Positions 26,146 through 37,772 of a DNA stretch of 64,000 nt are shown here, in pieces (position 1 is the first letter of the stretch; every line of letters starts with the position of its first letter). The translations under genes were made by a program, and so were the position numbers. The notes below the pieces were generated by a model that worked only from the letters and a program-made list of their open reading frames with translations, had not been told where the DNA came from and did not search any database. The DNA is from Nemertoderma westbladi (Eukaryota > Animalia > Xenacoelomorpha). Where the stretch lies: the NCBI GenBank assembly GCA_032718475.1, contig JAUCBJ010007601.1, forward strand, positions 37,773 through 101,772. Reading direction: 5' to 3'.

Positions 26146-28832
26146 ACGACTGTTATACTGGAGCAGAAACTGTAGATGAGGCAGTTAGATTAGCCCATGG
26201 TATCACCAATTGTTTAAAAATGGGGGGGTTTAATTTAACTAAATTTGTATCCAATTCGAGGGAATTTTTAAAGTTAATCCCTGAAGAGAAGCGAGCCCAG
26301 AGAGATCTCGATTTGAACTTTGATGAACTGCCAGTGACCAGAGCTCTGGGGACTCTTTGGTCCCCCGAAAGTGATATTTTTACGTTCACAACGTCCACTA
26401 AGGAACACCCAGCATCTAAACGTGGTTGTTTGAGTGCGGTAGCATCCATCTATGACCCAATTGGTCTAGTGGCACCGGTAGTCTTACAAGGCAAACAATT
26501 CCTACAAAAATTGTGGGCAAATAAAGTAACCTGGGATGGTATATTATCATCTGACATGTCTTTAGAATGGGCTCAGTGGTATGAGCAATTAACACTCCTC
26601 TCTAAACTCTCAATACCGCGACATTATTTCCTCAATGAGATTTCCCATCCTGATGATATTTTACAGTTACATCACTTTTGTGATGCTAGCTTAAGTGGTT
26701 ACGGATGTGTCTCTTATCTGCGTCGGGTGTCTACCATAGGTCTCATTTCATGTACATTGGTATTTGCAAAAACCCGTACAGCACCAGCACCTTCGAAGGG
26801 AATTTCTATCCCTAAACTAGAATTACAAGCAGCGGTATTGCTTTCCCGTAGCCATGTTCAGATTATGTCCAGCATCACCCTGCATATCCAACCTAACAAC
26901 ATAATCTGTTGGTCGGATTCTACGGTTGTTTTGTGTCAAATAGCTAATGAGGCACGTAGATTTGAAACATACGTAGCAAATCGCACTGTTGAGATTGGTC
27001 GACATTTAAACCCAGAACAGTGGCGGTATATTCCCGGAACTCGAAATCCCGCCGACATTGCCAGCCGAGGTTCTACACCTTCAGAATTTGTCACTAAATA
27101 CCAAGATTGTTGGTTTAATGGACCCAAAGTTTTGAGGCGACCTGAGATTGAATGGGATGAATCTCTTAGACTTTCCAACCCTATGAAAGATCAAGTAATT
27201 CCCCAAGACGCTGGATTAAAATCAGAAAAATATACTAAACCAATTAAATCGAAGGTGATTGCTGCGGTAATAACTGGAAATCACTTTAGAGGGATACATA
27301 ATTTACTTCATCGGTTTAATTCTTTCGAAATGTTAGTAAAAGTGGTAGCTCGCTTTCTTGTAAAGTTTCACTACAATAGGTGCCGGTTGAGCGTTCAAAC
27401 TGACCAATTAATTGATGTGATAAATCCAGAAACACTTTATAAGACATGTAACCAACAAGCTCAAGTAAGAGTACTCGCCTTAGTACAGAAAGATGTCTAT
27501 GGAGATATAATTAGATCGATGTTAAACAAACAAACTACCCGCTTACCCAGATCTCTAGCTATTCTTAACCCATTCATCGGCAAGGATGGTTTGCTCCGAG
27601 TTGGTTCTAGAATACCACTAATAGACTCCTCAGAATATGACTTTATATTTCCCATCATATTACCTGCCTCGCATCACGTATCTATGGTAATTGTAAGAGA
27701 TATTCATATAAATACTGGACATTTAGGAATCGACTATACAGTTCAAAAGGTACGTAAAACTTACTGTATAAATTCGTTACGCCGATTAGTTAAGGCGATT
27801 CAACGTAAGTGTATATTCTGCCGCAAGAAATACGCCCAGCCACTTACACAGATGATGGCACCCCTTCCGGCAGTACGAACAATTGGTTATGTTCCTCCCT
27901 TTTCCAGAACTGGAGTAGATTTATTCGGACCTATGTATGTTGTTCGGGGGCGTGGGTCAGAGAAACGCTACGGTGTACTATTAACATGTATGATATCACG
28001 TGCCATAGTATTAGATCTATCTATGAATTATAGTGCAGATGCATTGTTGTGCGTCCTCAGACGCTTTATTTGTAACCATGCTGGCGTCGAACGTATTTAT
28101 TCTGACCAAGGCAGCCACTTTGGAGGCAGTAAAACAGAACTTGACAATTTACTTATCCAAGCCAAAGAACTTGGCATACCTGATGAAGTAATTGGAAAAA
28201 TCGAATGGGAGTTTCAAACACCAACCGCAAGCCATCACGGGGGCGTCTGGGAACGTCTAATTAGGACCACAAAAGATACACTAAACGCCTTATTAACTAA
28301 ACGACATTCTCAACATAAACTTGTTACTGAAGAGGTGCTACGTACTACGTTGTCTGAGGTACAATATTTAATTAATGACCGCCCATTGTGTGCATTGAAT
28401 GACGATGTAACTTCTACTGAGGTTCTTACTCCCAATCATTTGCTGTTGCGTCGAACAACAGCACTCCCGCAGTCTATTAAATTGATACATGAGATGTATG
28501 ACGGTAATGAGAATGAAGTGCAGTACAGATCTATGTGGCGCAAATCGCAGCATATTGCAAGTCAATTCTGGAGAATATGGCGGAATACTTATATCCAACT
28601 CTTAATCTCACGACAAAAATGGTTCAAACCAAGTCGAAATTTAGCAGTTGGAGATTTAGTTTTGGTTACTGATCCGGATACTAAACGGTTTAAATGGAAA
28701 CTCGGAAGAATTGAGAGTGTATTACCTAGTTCTGATGGATTCGTGCGATCAGTACATGTAAGAACAGGTACTTCAGTTCTATGTCGCCCCGTTCAGCGTT
28801 TATGTCTGTTAGAGATGGCTGTCGATGGTTAA
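26139..28832 (+). CDS. pol: BEL/Pao polyprotein, C-terminal part: RT catalytic YVDD, RNase H, integrase (-1 frame relative to ORF1)
   Basis: TAC GTA GAC GAC (YVDD) at 26139 is in frame with the 870-aa ORF starting at 26220. RNase H FCDAS, integrase H..H/C..C zinc finger, DDE motifs GVDLFGP, YSDQGSHF and GVWER. Confidence 0.95.
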   Translation, partial: YVDDCYTGAETVDEAVRLAHGITNCLKMGGFNLTKFVSNSREFLKLIPEEKRAQRDLDLNFDELPVTRALGTLWSPESDIFTFTTSTKEHPASKRGCLSAVASIYDPIGLVAPVVLQGKQFLQKLWANKVTWDGILSSDMSLEWAQWYEQLTLLSKLSIPRHYFLNEISHPDDILQLHHFCDASLSGYGCVSYLRRVSTIGLISCTLVFAKTRTAPAPSKGISIPKLELQAAVLLSRSHVQIMSSITLHIQPNNIICWSDSTVVLCQIANEARRFETYVANRTVEIGRHLNPEQWRYIPGTRNPADIASRGSTPSEFVTKYQDCWFNGPKVLRRPEIEWDESLRLSNPMKDQVIPQDAGLKSEKYTKPIKSKVIAAVITGNHFRGIHNLLHRFNSFEMLVKVVARFLVKFHYNRCRLSVQTDQLIDVINPETLYKTCNQQAQVRVLALVQKDVYGDIIRSMLNKQTTRLPRSLAILNPFIGKDGLLRVGSRIPLIDSSEYDFIFPIILPASHHVSMVIVRDIHINTGHLGIDYTVQKVRKTYCINSLRRLVKAIQRKCIFCRKKYAQPLTQMMAPLPAVRTIGYVPPFSRTGVDLFGPMYVVRGRGSEKRYGVLLTCMISRAIVLDLSMNYSADALLCVLRRFICNHAGVERIYSDQGSHFGGSKTELDNLLIQAKELGIPDEVIGKIEWEFQTPTASHHGGVWERLIRTTKDTLNALLTKRHSQHKLVTEEVLRTTLSEVQYLINDRPLCALNDDVTSTEVLTPNHLLLRRTTALPQSIKLIHEMYDGNENEVQYRSMWRKSQHIASQFWRIWRNTYIQLLISRQKWFKPSRNLAVGDLVLVTDPDTKRFKWKLGRIESVLPSSDGFVRSVHVRTGTSVLCRPVQRLCLLEMAVDG

Positions 28833-29984
28833 AAATTAATAATTATTTAGTAAAATAAATAATAATAAATACACTGGGACTGAGTGTTGTATGTGTGATG
28901 AACTAAATACATTGTTTGGAGTATGTAGAATTATTATTTCACATTAACGAACATTTTCCTGCAAGTTACTTACTTGTTATTTATTTCATTTTTATGAAAT
29001 TATAGAGTTTATAAGTCTGTAATGATCGACGCATAATTTGTTTGCCTTCAATACAAACACATATGATTAATACAATACACTAATAGAATTGATTTCAATG
29101 TTTTCACCTTAAAAATGTAAACATAAAAAATAAACCTATTAAATAATCCAATAACAAGGCTTCATTTAACAAAGTTAGATCGATGTGTTGTGGCTGGCCT
29201 GTGATTGGTCAAAATATTTATTTGATAAATAGTGAGAATACTACAGATTTGTGTAACAGTGCAATGTGCTATTGGTCATTGGCTTTGCATAAAATAGCGA
29301 ATTCCTAATGTGTTTGTTAGCCTGCTCAGTCTGTAGGTAATTAATCAGATCAAAAATGTATGTAAGTTAAATTAATCTACGTTGAATTAATAAGGTATTA
29401 ATTGCTTTATGGTAGAGCGAAGAAAACTGGTAAACATTTCTTCCAAATGCCTAGGTATCGCCGGAGATGTATCACGCCGTTTTGCAGCCGAAACAGGTAT
29501 GTTAAATATTTAGCAATTCTACTGCATGGCTTGGGCTGCTTCCTCAACTTCTCCCAACGGAGACAATTAATCGTTTTTTTTTTATTCGCGTTATAATTCA
29601 CAACATCCACCCACCGTTGTTGCGCCGATCAGGGCTCGCTTGGATTTCAACCAGCGCTAATGCGGCCGGCTCGCGTTTGAGGGTATTTCTCCACATGTTC
29701 CCCAGGCGTCAAAGATATGATAACGGTTTCCGGAATGTAAATTATAATAATTTTTATCATTGGACCTACGTGAAAAAAGGTTTCAGTTCACACTCAGTTG
29801 TCTTACAATGTGCATTATCTTAACATATCTCAAAACGTCTTTATTATTGTTGCTATTAAAACTGATTTTTTCAAATATTACCAATGCCATTACATCTGGC
29901 TTCTGAGTGTTTTGTTTCAATTAAGTGTAAATATTTCTTAATCGAAGGAAATAGTTATATATAGTCGACTTTGCTATTTTTTAG

Positions 29985-30130
29985 AGATTTATAGTATGTA
30001 AGGTTTGTACATATATTGAAAGATTTGTAGTATGTAAGATTCAAGTTTGTACATATATTAAAAGATTTATAGTATGTAAGATTCAAGTTTGTACATAGAT
30101 TGAAAGATTTGTAGTATGTAAGCTTCAAGT
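29985..30130 (+). repeat. Short tandem repeat (about 36-42 bp, 3.5 copies) in the retrotransposon 3' UTR
   Basis: AGATTT(A/G)TAGTATGTAAG(ATTCAAG)TTTGTACATATATT recurs. Confidence 0.75.
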
Positions 30131-30187
30131 GCCTTCACTATTTTTGGTGTAATTTTCAATTATTTTTGTAATTTTTGCTAGGGCAAT

Positions 30188-30203
30188 GAAAAAATTAGGG
30201 GAC
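30188..30203 (+). promoter_or_regulatory. Polypurine tract
   Basis: GAAAAAATTAGGGGAC immediately before the 3' LTR. Confidence 0.65.
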
Positions 30204-30655
30204 TGTGCACGTATCCGTGAATCTTCAATATAATTTCTATAGTAGAGTATAAGGAGCAATCGGTTACTAAAAATAATATCTTGCTTACTACACACAACCC
30301 TTGTTAGTTAGGTGATAAATAAATTTGGCCCTTCAGCTGTTTGTAGTTAGTTAGCCTGCGGTATCATCCTACGATTGGTTGATGGGCTATTGTCTGTGCT
30401 CTATATATAATATTGGCATTATTCATTTAAGGTGACTTCTCTATCTGGGTACAAATGTCTACTGGTGTATTAGGTTGTATTATATAGTAGTTATATTGGG
30501 CAGTAGGAAATATTATTTAACAAGTTGAAAGAACATTATACAGTTTCTCTGACAATATTATAGATTTCAACTTCGTAATAAGAACTTATTTCCCCTAATA
30601 AATCAGCGTCTTCCGCCTAAAAATATTCCTAAACAGACGGGGACAATCGTCTACA
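30204..30655 (+). repeat. 3' LTR (452 bp)
   Basis: Direct repeat of 19154-19605. Confidence 0.97.
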
Positions 30656-30747
30656 ATATGGTCAGCGTATAATGGGTTGGTAGAGTTTGTCTCAGGTTGA
30701 TGAAGGGGCTCTAACATCTGTTGGACTTTATCAAATATGTGGACCTG

Positions 30748-32556
30748 CAGGGCCGGATTAACCAATAGGCTAACCAAGCTGAGCCTTGGGGCCCCCGAAC
30801 TTTAGGAGCCCCCAAATTTTTGATTGAAATTGAAAGTGAAAGTTTTATACTTTTAAAGAAAACAACAGGTACCGTTACTGTATTCTTAGTAGATACCGGT
30901 AAATGTATAGTACTATCTGTCTTTTTCTTAATCGTTGTCTTGTCGCTATAAACACCCTTGCAATTTCTACTTACCATATTTAGTACCAATATTTTTTTAA
31001 CGAACAAAATTTCTGGACGCGATTCTGAGTTTCAAAGTTGATTTAGTCACTTTTGTAAGTTCGTTACCCAGCAGTTTGTGGCTGAAGATAAAGATGTAAA
31101 GATATCAGATATAGTGCTAAGTTATCAGCACAATATCTGTACCAACTACCAACTGTTGATGAGAAAAACCTAGAGTCCACGTTCCCATATGTTGAAATAG
31201 CGTTGAGAATGTATTTGTGTCTTATGTGCACCAACTGCGGTGGGGAATGGTCGTTTAGTCAACTGAAGCGAATAAAAAATGCGTTAAGGGCGTCTCGTCT
31301 ATGGGTGACGCAAGGCTGAGTGATTTCCTCACTATTTTGCATTGAGTTTGAAATACTTCGTCAAATTGATTTCGAAGGTATCAATGATTCATTTGCGAAG
31401 AAAAAGCCAAAAAGCCCATGTAAACCAATAACTCATTTAAAATACTAAATACCTTTCAATTTAAATACAGAGGTATGGATAACAGGAGTGCTAAACAGAC
31501 CATTATTGGATGTTTGCAACCGAATGCTGAAAGGGGAAAAGCCACTACCAATTTGGACTAAAGGTCAACTAAAGCCTCTCCCTAAGATAGGAGACCTCGG
31601 TATACCAACAAACTATCGTGGGATCTGTCTGTGGTAGCTGCCAAAATATACAATAAAATGATTCTATATAGGATTAGGCCTCACATAGAGAAACTACTGT
31701 GTAAGAGCCAAAACGGATTTCGACCAAGTAGATCAACAATAGCTCAGATACTTGTACTGCGGAGACTGATTGAAGGAATTAAGTCAAAGAATCTCCCCGA
31801 AGTCATGACTTTTGTGGACTTCAAGAAGGCATTCGACTCCATCCATAGAGGTAAAATGCTTGAAATCCTAAGAGCTTATGGAATACCAGAGGTAATTGTT
31901 GCTGCCATTGGATTATTATATTGTGAACTATTAAAAGTATATTGTGAAGTATCAACACTGAGACTGACGAAATCACTTGAACACCGAATTGATGGTTGCT
32001 ACACAACACTACTAAGTGCAGCCCTAAACATCAGCTGGAGATAACACATGACAAACGCCGAGCTCCCTGGTACTATACCACCTGTATCAACCACCCTCCG
32101 TGAACGCAGATTAAGATTCAGTGGGCACTGCTGGCGAAGTAAAGACGAGGTCATTCCAGATCTACTTCTCTGGCAACCAACACATGGAAAGCGAGCCGTG
32201 GACGACCAGCTATAACATATATAGATCAACTTGAAAGGGATACTGAACTTGGGATAAACGAAATTGCGACAACTATGGAGAATCGGATGGAGAACCACTG
32301 TCCGAGTTGGCTCGAGCTAGTAACAATATTACTTTTAAATACTAAAAAACCATATTATACTAATACTAAATGATATACCTACAATATGTTGGTTATTTTT
32401 AGAATAAGAAATACAATGTTTCCCATTAAAAAGTTGCCCATAATTTGCCAAATAGAGAGGCTGGCTTGCCCTATGCCAAGAATTATGAAAAATAAAATTT
32501 TAGGGGCCCAAATATACCATTAGTCTATGGGCCCCCAAAACCTTAATCCGGCCCTG
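30748..32556 (+). mobile_element. Non-autonomous hAT DNA transposon (internal deletion derivative)
   Basis: 14-bp TIRs CAGGGCCGGATTAA / TTAATCCGGCCCTG and an 8-bp TSD TGGACCTG (30740-47, 32557-64). Remnant hAT dimerisation motif FPYVEIALRMYLCL..TNCGGEWSFSQLKRIKN at about 31180-31290. Confidence 0.92.
31469..32333 (+). mobile_element. 5'-truncated, internally deleted RTE LINE nested in the hAT element
   Basis: Same family as 44275-48710 (QNGFRPSRSTIAQI, FVDFKKAFDSIHR, matching 3' end). Flanked by TTTAAATAC at 31460-68 and 32334-42, a likely TSD. Confidence 0.88.
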
Positions 32557-33764
32557 TGGACCTGAAAATAACTATAGGTTCTCCTTAATATTTAGTTTAA
32601 ACACCAAGTTAGGATTAGGTTTAGGTTACCCATATCCAATGATGGTTTAGGTCTAATATTGTTTTGAGTCATCGAAATACTGAAGGAAGTTAGCATCCTT
32701 CCTTCTGTTGTTCTCGATATGAACCAATAAACGCTTCAAACTCAGCATTAGCTCTTAGCTTAGCTGCGAAAGCTAGCTTAAAATTGTCACACCATCTCGA
32801 AGCCTATATAAGAATCTAAGAAATTTAGGGGAATTTTGGGCATTATTGTAATGTGCCTAAAGGGCCGCGTTGACCAACAAACCCTAACCAAAAACTAACA
32901 CCACTGAGGTCTACCCGAATGCATGAACTGCCTACCGATAACTGATACCGTTTCCATACAAAATCTAGGTGGGATCTGAAGTCACATTCGGGATCAAGAG
33001 TAGCGTGGGATCTAAACTCCTGAGACCATTGGAATGCAACATTTTTCTAATTAACTGTATGATGTATGTATGATTTTTTAAAATATATTTTCGTAAATTC
33101 AGCCATGTCTGCAATTCACTGGTGAATTCAAATGTACAGGATTTACATTCCATTTAACTTTATGAAATACATTTTTTTACGATTGTATTATTATTTAAAT
33201 TAATTAAGAATTATTTTAAATTACAGGACGATATCTACAACATTGATGTGTGCTGCAAAGCCAAAACTGTACAAGGTGAAAAAACGTCATGTCGAAACTG
33301 CTAAACAACTGATCAAAATTCCAATGAAATAATATAAATAATATACCTGTAATGAAATAAAATTTTAATGATATTAATATATCACAATATTGTCCCGCTG
33401 TCCACCATTTCTTATTTTCTGGAAATATTAATTTGCAAACTACCCGGATGCATGCCTCAATAAACCGCAGGACTCCCAACCCACCACAGCAACAAGGGGA
33501 AATCACTACTCTGGCAGTAAAGCCGCAGTTGACATGCACTTGCCTGACTGCAGTTGGTATTCAGAAACATCGCATAATATGCTCTGAAGAGGTAAGATAT
33601 CATCAGAACATGGGTGGTGGTTGCGGTGAATGGTCAGGGATATGGGGGAGTGGGTCTGGTTCTAAATCTTACTGCTTTTGTCAGAATTGGACAAGGTAGA
33701 ACCCATTTCCTCCCTATCAATTTATAATCGTAGTTTCAAATTAACAGTTAAGATAATTACAGAT

Positions 33765-34010
33765 AGAGGGGAAACTGGACGCAATAAAAATTCATCCCTC
33801 TTCAGGGGAAATTGGACGCAAATAACAGCTGATTACTCTCAAAAATAAAACTGTAAGCTGTTCTATTGGGTTCAATTTATTGTTTTGGTTAAAATAACGT
33901 GCCACTGTAACCTGCTCCTTTCCCTAAATTGAGAATTTAACATTGAGGCGGGATATTAATTCGTCAAGGCGGGTTTTGCGTCCAATATCCCCCCCCCCCC
34001 CCCCCCCCCT
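33765..34010. mobile_element. Small MITE-like remnant
   Basis: GGGGAAA(C/T)TGGACGCAA twice on the left; inverted TTGCGTCCAATATCCCC on the right. Confidence 0.4.
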
Positions 34011-34179
34011 GTCTCGATAATTAAGAGTGAAAGCTGCAGTGAAATTTTAAACAGGCAATACTCCCCTAATAAAGCAGAGCTAATCAGCCAGCAGGTTGGT
34101 GCTATAAATGTTACTGATGAAAGTAGGAAATATGCCGAAGCCTGACAGATTTAACCTGCTCTAGATGCCCTAGGTAGAT

Positions 34180-34490
34180 GCAAAAATATATATACTGTAT
34201 AATAAAATGATTCTATATAGAATTAGGCCTCATATAGAGAAACTGCTGCATAAGAGCCAAAATAGATTTCGACCAAATAGATCAACAATAGCTCAGATAC
34301 TTGCACTACGGAGACTGATTGAGGGAATTAAGTCAAAGAATCTCCCCGCAGTCATGACTTTTGTGGACTTCAAGAAGGCATTCGACTCCATCCATAGAGG
34401 TAAAATGCTGGAAATCTTAAGAGCTTATGGAATACCAGAAGTAATTGTCGTTGGCATTGGATTGTTATATTGTGCACAGAATCTCAGGTA
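34180..34490 (+). mobile_element. RTE LINE reverse-transcriptase fragment
   Basis: MILYRIRPHIEKLL...DFKKAFDSIHRGKMLEILRAYGIP, nearly identical to the other two copies. Confidence 0.88.
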
Positions 34491-34554
34491 ACCTCACTCA
34501 CTAACTACTCAATCCTAGCGGGAGCACATTAACTCCATTCCTATTCTTAATTGT

Positions 34555-34800
34555 ATTGGATTACTACGCATTGTGGGCAGCCAGAACTGGTGAAATTTAT
34601 ATACAGTAGAACATTCACACTACAAGAACATTTGGCCATTATTCAAAACGTGTGACATTTTCAGTCATTTTTCAAAATTGGATTACTACGCATTGTGGGC
34701 AGCCAGAACTGGTGAAATTTATATACAGTAGAACATTCACACTACAAGAACATTTGGCCATTATTGAAAACGTGTGACATTTTCAGTCATTTTTCAAAAT
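34555..34800. repeat. 122-bp tandem duplication spanning the left end of the Sola-like element
   Basis: GGATTACTACGCATTGTGGGC...TTTTCAAAAT present twice with period 122. Confidence 0.9.
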
Positions 34801-35464
34801 AACTTTTCTCAAATTTTTTCGGGAATGTGTTTAGGAATAATAGTAGTATTAGAATCTGGTTAACCAAAATATATTAGTTCGCTTTAAATGCTCTAAAAAT
34901 CAATTTGAATGCAATGGCAATTGCCGAATATTATTCTGTCCCTGACACTGAACAAATAAGGAAAGTTCAAGTCTAATTAAAATGCATCCAATCAGTTTTA
35001 TTTAATAATTTCATTTAATTGCGTGCAGGAAGGCTTATTGTTACTAATATATTTTCACTTTTTACTGTCTGGAAGTTGTCCCTGACTTCTGTCCCTGACT
35101 TCTGTCCCTGACAAATTTTTCGAGTTTTTTCTTTGGCGGGAATTTTAAATCATGTGTGACAATGGTTTCTTCTAATTTATCGGGTTTTACTTATGCTGAA
35201 CTTTGTTGTTTTGCCTGTTAGCCTAAATTCACATTTGCAGTATGCTGACAGGTCAAAAAATTATGTCTGTCCCTGACATATTCTGTTCCCGACGTTACTG
35301 TAGGTAATACTATCTGTCCCTGACGAGAGTGCTTTCTGGGTGTCTTCTCGCCGCCCACTGGCTGTAAGTTGTAAGTAAGTTGATGTAAGTATTTTAGAGA
35401 GTTTTTAGAGAGAGAGAGTAAGTTTTTTCTACTGTAGCGTTGTTCAGCAAGTCCTATCAAGACA

Positions 35465-36535
35465 TAGACTAGAAAGCCAGCAAGCTGGCTGGAAGGAGCC
35501 CGGGGGAAAAATCCTAGCCAAGACTATTACAAAGAACTATGTCAGTCAGCAGTAAGTAAACTAAAATTGTCTAAACTGCAAGTCGTGAGGCTAGCTGACT
35601 TTGTGGCTCGCCCCACATAATAAAAAATGCAACTTAGCTACCACTAACAAAAATATAATATGAAGCAAATAATTTCATTATCAAGAACGTTTACAAGATA
35701 TAAGATGCGATTACCGAATATTTATAAAAAATGCCCATGATGCACAACCAGATAAATAACAACGAATAGAGCCAAATAATAAATTTAGTTTCCTTCTATA
35801 GGTATTACCCCGTCGTCAAGCGGAATATCTCTTCCCAGTGAATTCTATGTGAATATGTAATATAGGTACTCCTTAGGCGGTAGGCCAGAGCGGGCTCCTT
35901 AAATACATGCAACTACTGTATTATAGTGTAGGTCAACTATAAAACATTTTGCAATCCACAGTGAGTATCGACTGCAATAGGACACAACACACTGCTTTGT
36001 GTAACTAAAATTCATTCTCCTGATCCACCCCCTAACATAGCAGAGTGAGTAACCTTATTGTAGATATACCCTTAGGAAGCACTGGGAGAGCAATCAGCTT
36101 ATGGGGTAATACATTAGAAACCAACAGCTTATGTGTGAGTAAACATTGCCTTTCCTTATAGCCTACTAGTAAAACTTGGCAACCAACACGTTTTTCTATG
36201 ACTGTGTATAACATATTAAGCCATATTTCATCATGAACACCAGCTGTTATTTTACCATTGCTTTTAATTTCGCGACAAAACAATGTCAAAAAACCAAATA
36301 TATCGAATACCACACATAGAATCGATCTGAAATTTTGTAACGCGATTATGAACCACCAAAGCAATGTACTTGCAAAATTTCATCAAAATCGCCAGGCAGG
36401 AAGTGCCTTAACCTAGATAATTATCAGTCAGTATGTCAGTCAGTATGTCAGTCAGTGTAATGTATCCTGAGATTTTTACAGAAGGTATCCCTGAGATTCT
36501 TACAGTAAGTATCCCGCTGTCAAGCGGGCTCCTAA
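35465..36535. mobile_element. Possible non-autonomous Helentron/DINE-like element nested in the Sola-like element
   Basis: Subterminal inverted AGGAGCCCG / CGGGCTCCT, terminal hairpin CCCGCT-GTCA-AGCGGG (36513-28) and an internal (CAGT)n microsatellite. Confidence 0.35.
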
Positions 36536-36643
36536 TAACTACATAGATAGTTGTAGTTAGTCATACAGTAGGATTTCAGTAGTCCCAGTATGTACAAATG
36601 CATTATTTTTGTGATGGCCCTTCTCTAATCGATATATACTTAA

Positions 36644-37772
36644 GGTGGGGGTAGCGCATTTTCTGACCAAAAAGTCTCATTTTTGAAATATATCCTATCT
36701 GATGCAGAATTTCATGCTGAATCCAAATATGGAAACCGTTTTCCCATATGTTGCTTAGTTTTCGAGATATCTGGGATAGAAGATACTGGCTCCGCTATAT
36801 CGCGATACCGGTAATGGAGATGAAGTTTGGGGTTTGCATTCAATTTCTGCAAATTTCTGTGCTCAATGGTGCTAATTGGATGTCTCCACGAGAAAGAGCA
36901 CAAAATTTTAATTGAGAATGTATTTTTTTATGATTATTGGACCTACTGATCAGTTTATAAGGCAATTTCAAGTCTCTGGAATGAAGATGGGACTCGAATA
37001 AGCGACTCTGCGGTTTTTGCGGGATTACACGGAATAGACTTATCGGTCATCGGAGATCTTCAAAATGTATAATCTCCAGTTCTTGTGGTCGTACGATGTT
37101 GGTTTTAGGCTCATTCGAAAGCTCTTTTCTTAGAGAACAAAGTTACCATTTGATTTAAGATAAAATGGTTGTGAAGCAACATAACATGAATTTGGGTAAA
37201 ATCTGCCTTGCAAATTTTGTTCAAGTTATGATTGCTCAGGCAGCTTTCAAGAGTTCGCCAAACCAAATGGTAACTTTGGTCTCTGAGAAAAGAGCTTTCG
37301 AATGAGCCCAAAACGAACTCCGTACGTCCACTAGAACTGGAGATTATACATTTTGAAGATCTCCGATGACCGATAAGTCTATTCTGTGTAATCCCGCAAA
37401 GACCGCAGGGTCGCTTATTCGAGTTCCGTCTTCATTCTAGAGACTTGAAATTGTCTTAACTACTGATCAGTAGGTCCAATAATCATAAGAAAATACATTC
37501 TCAATTAAAATTTTGTGCTCTTTCTCGTGGAGACATCCAATTAGCACCACTGAGCACAGAAATTTGCAGAAATTGAATGCAAACCCCAAACTTTATCTCC
37601 TTTACCGATAACGCGATGTAGCGGAGCCAGTATCTTCTATCCCAGATATCTCGAAAACTAAGCAACATATGGGAAAACGGTTTCCATATTTGGATTCAGC
37701 ATGAAATTCTGCATCAGATAGGATATGTTTCAAAAATCCGACTTTTTGGTCAGAAAATGCGCTACCCCCCCC
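36644..37772. mobile_element. TTAA-targeting foldback non-autonomous DNA transposon (Kolobok-like)
   Basis: TTAA TSD (36640-43, 37773-76), GG...CC termini, and inverted arms of about 515 bp around a spacer of about 100 bp. Confidence 0.88.

Larger units (their letters stand above)
19154..30655 (+). mobile_element. Full-length BEL/Pao (Belpaoviridae) LTR retrotransposon
   Basis: Two TG...CA 452-bp direct repeats. Domain order gag-PR-RT-RH-IN with BEL-type motifs: triple Cys/His knuckle, KTPFGW, HHFCDAS..GYG, SIPKLELQAA, NPADIASRG, GGVWERLIR. Confidence 0.97.

Noticed and set aside
26131-26150. Programmed -1 ribosomal frameshift
   Set aside because: No X XXY YYZ heptamer, and the site lies in the RT active site rather than at a gag/pol boundary.
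34110-34145. Hammerhead core (CTGATGA)
   Set aside because: No stem II or GAAA in the required position.
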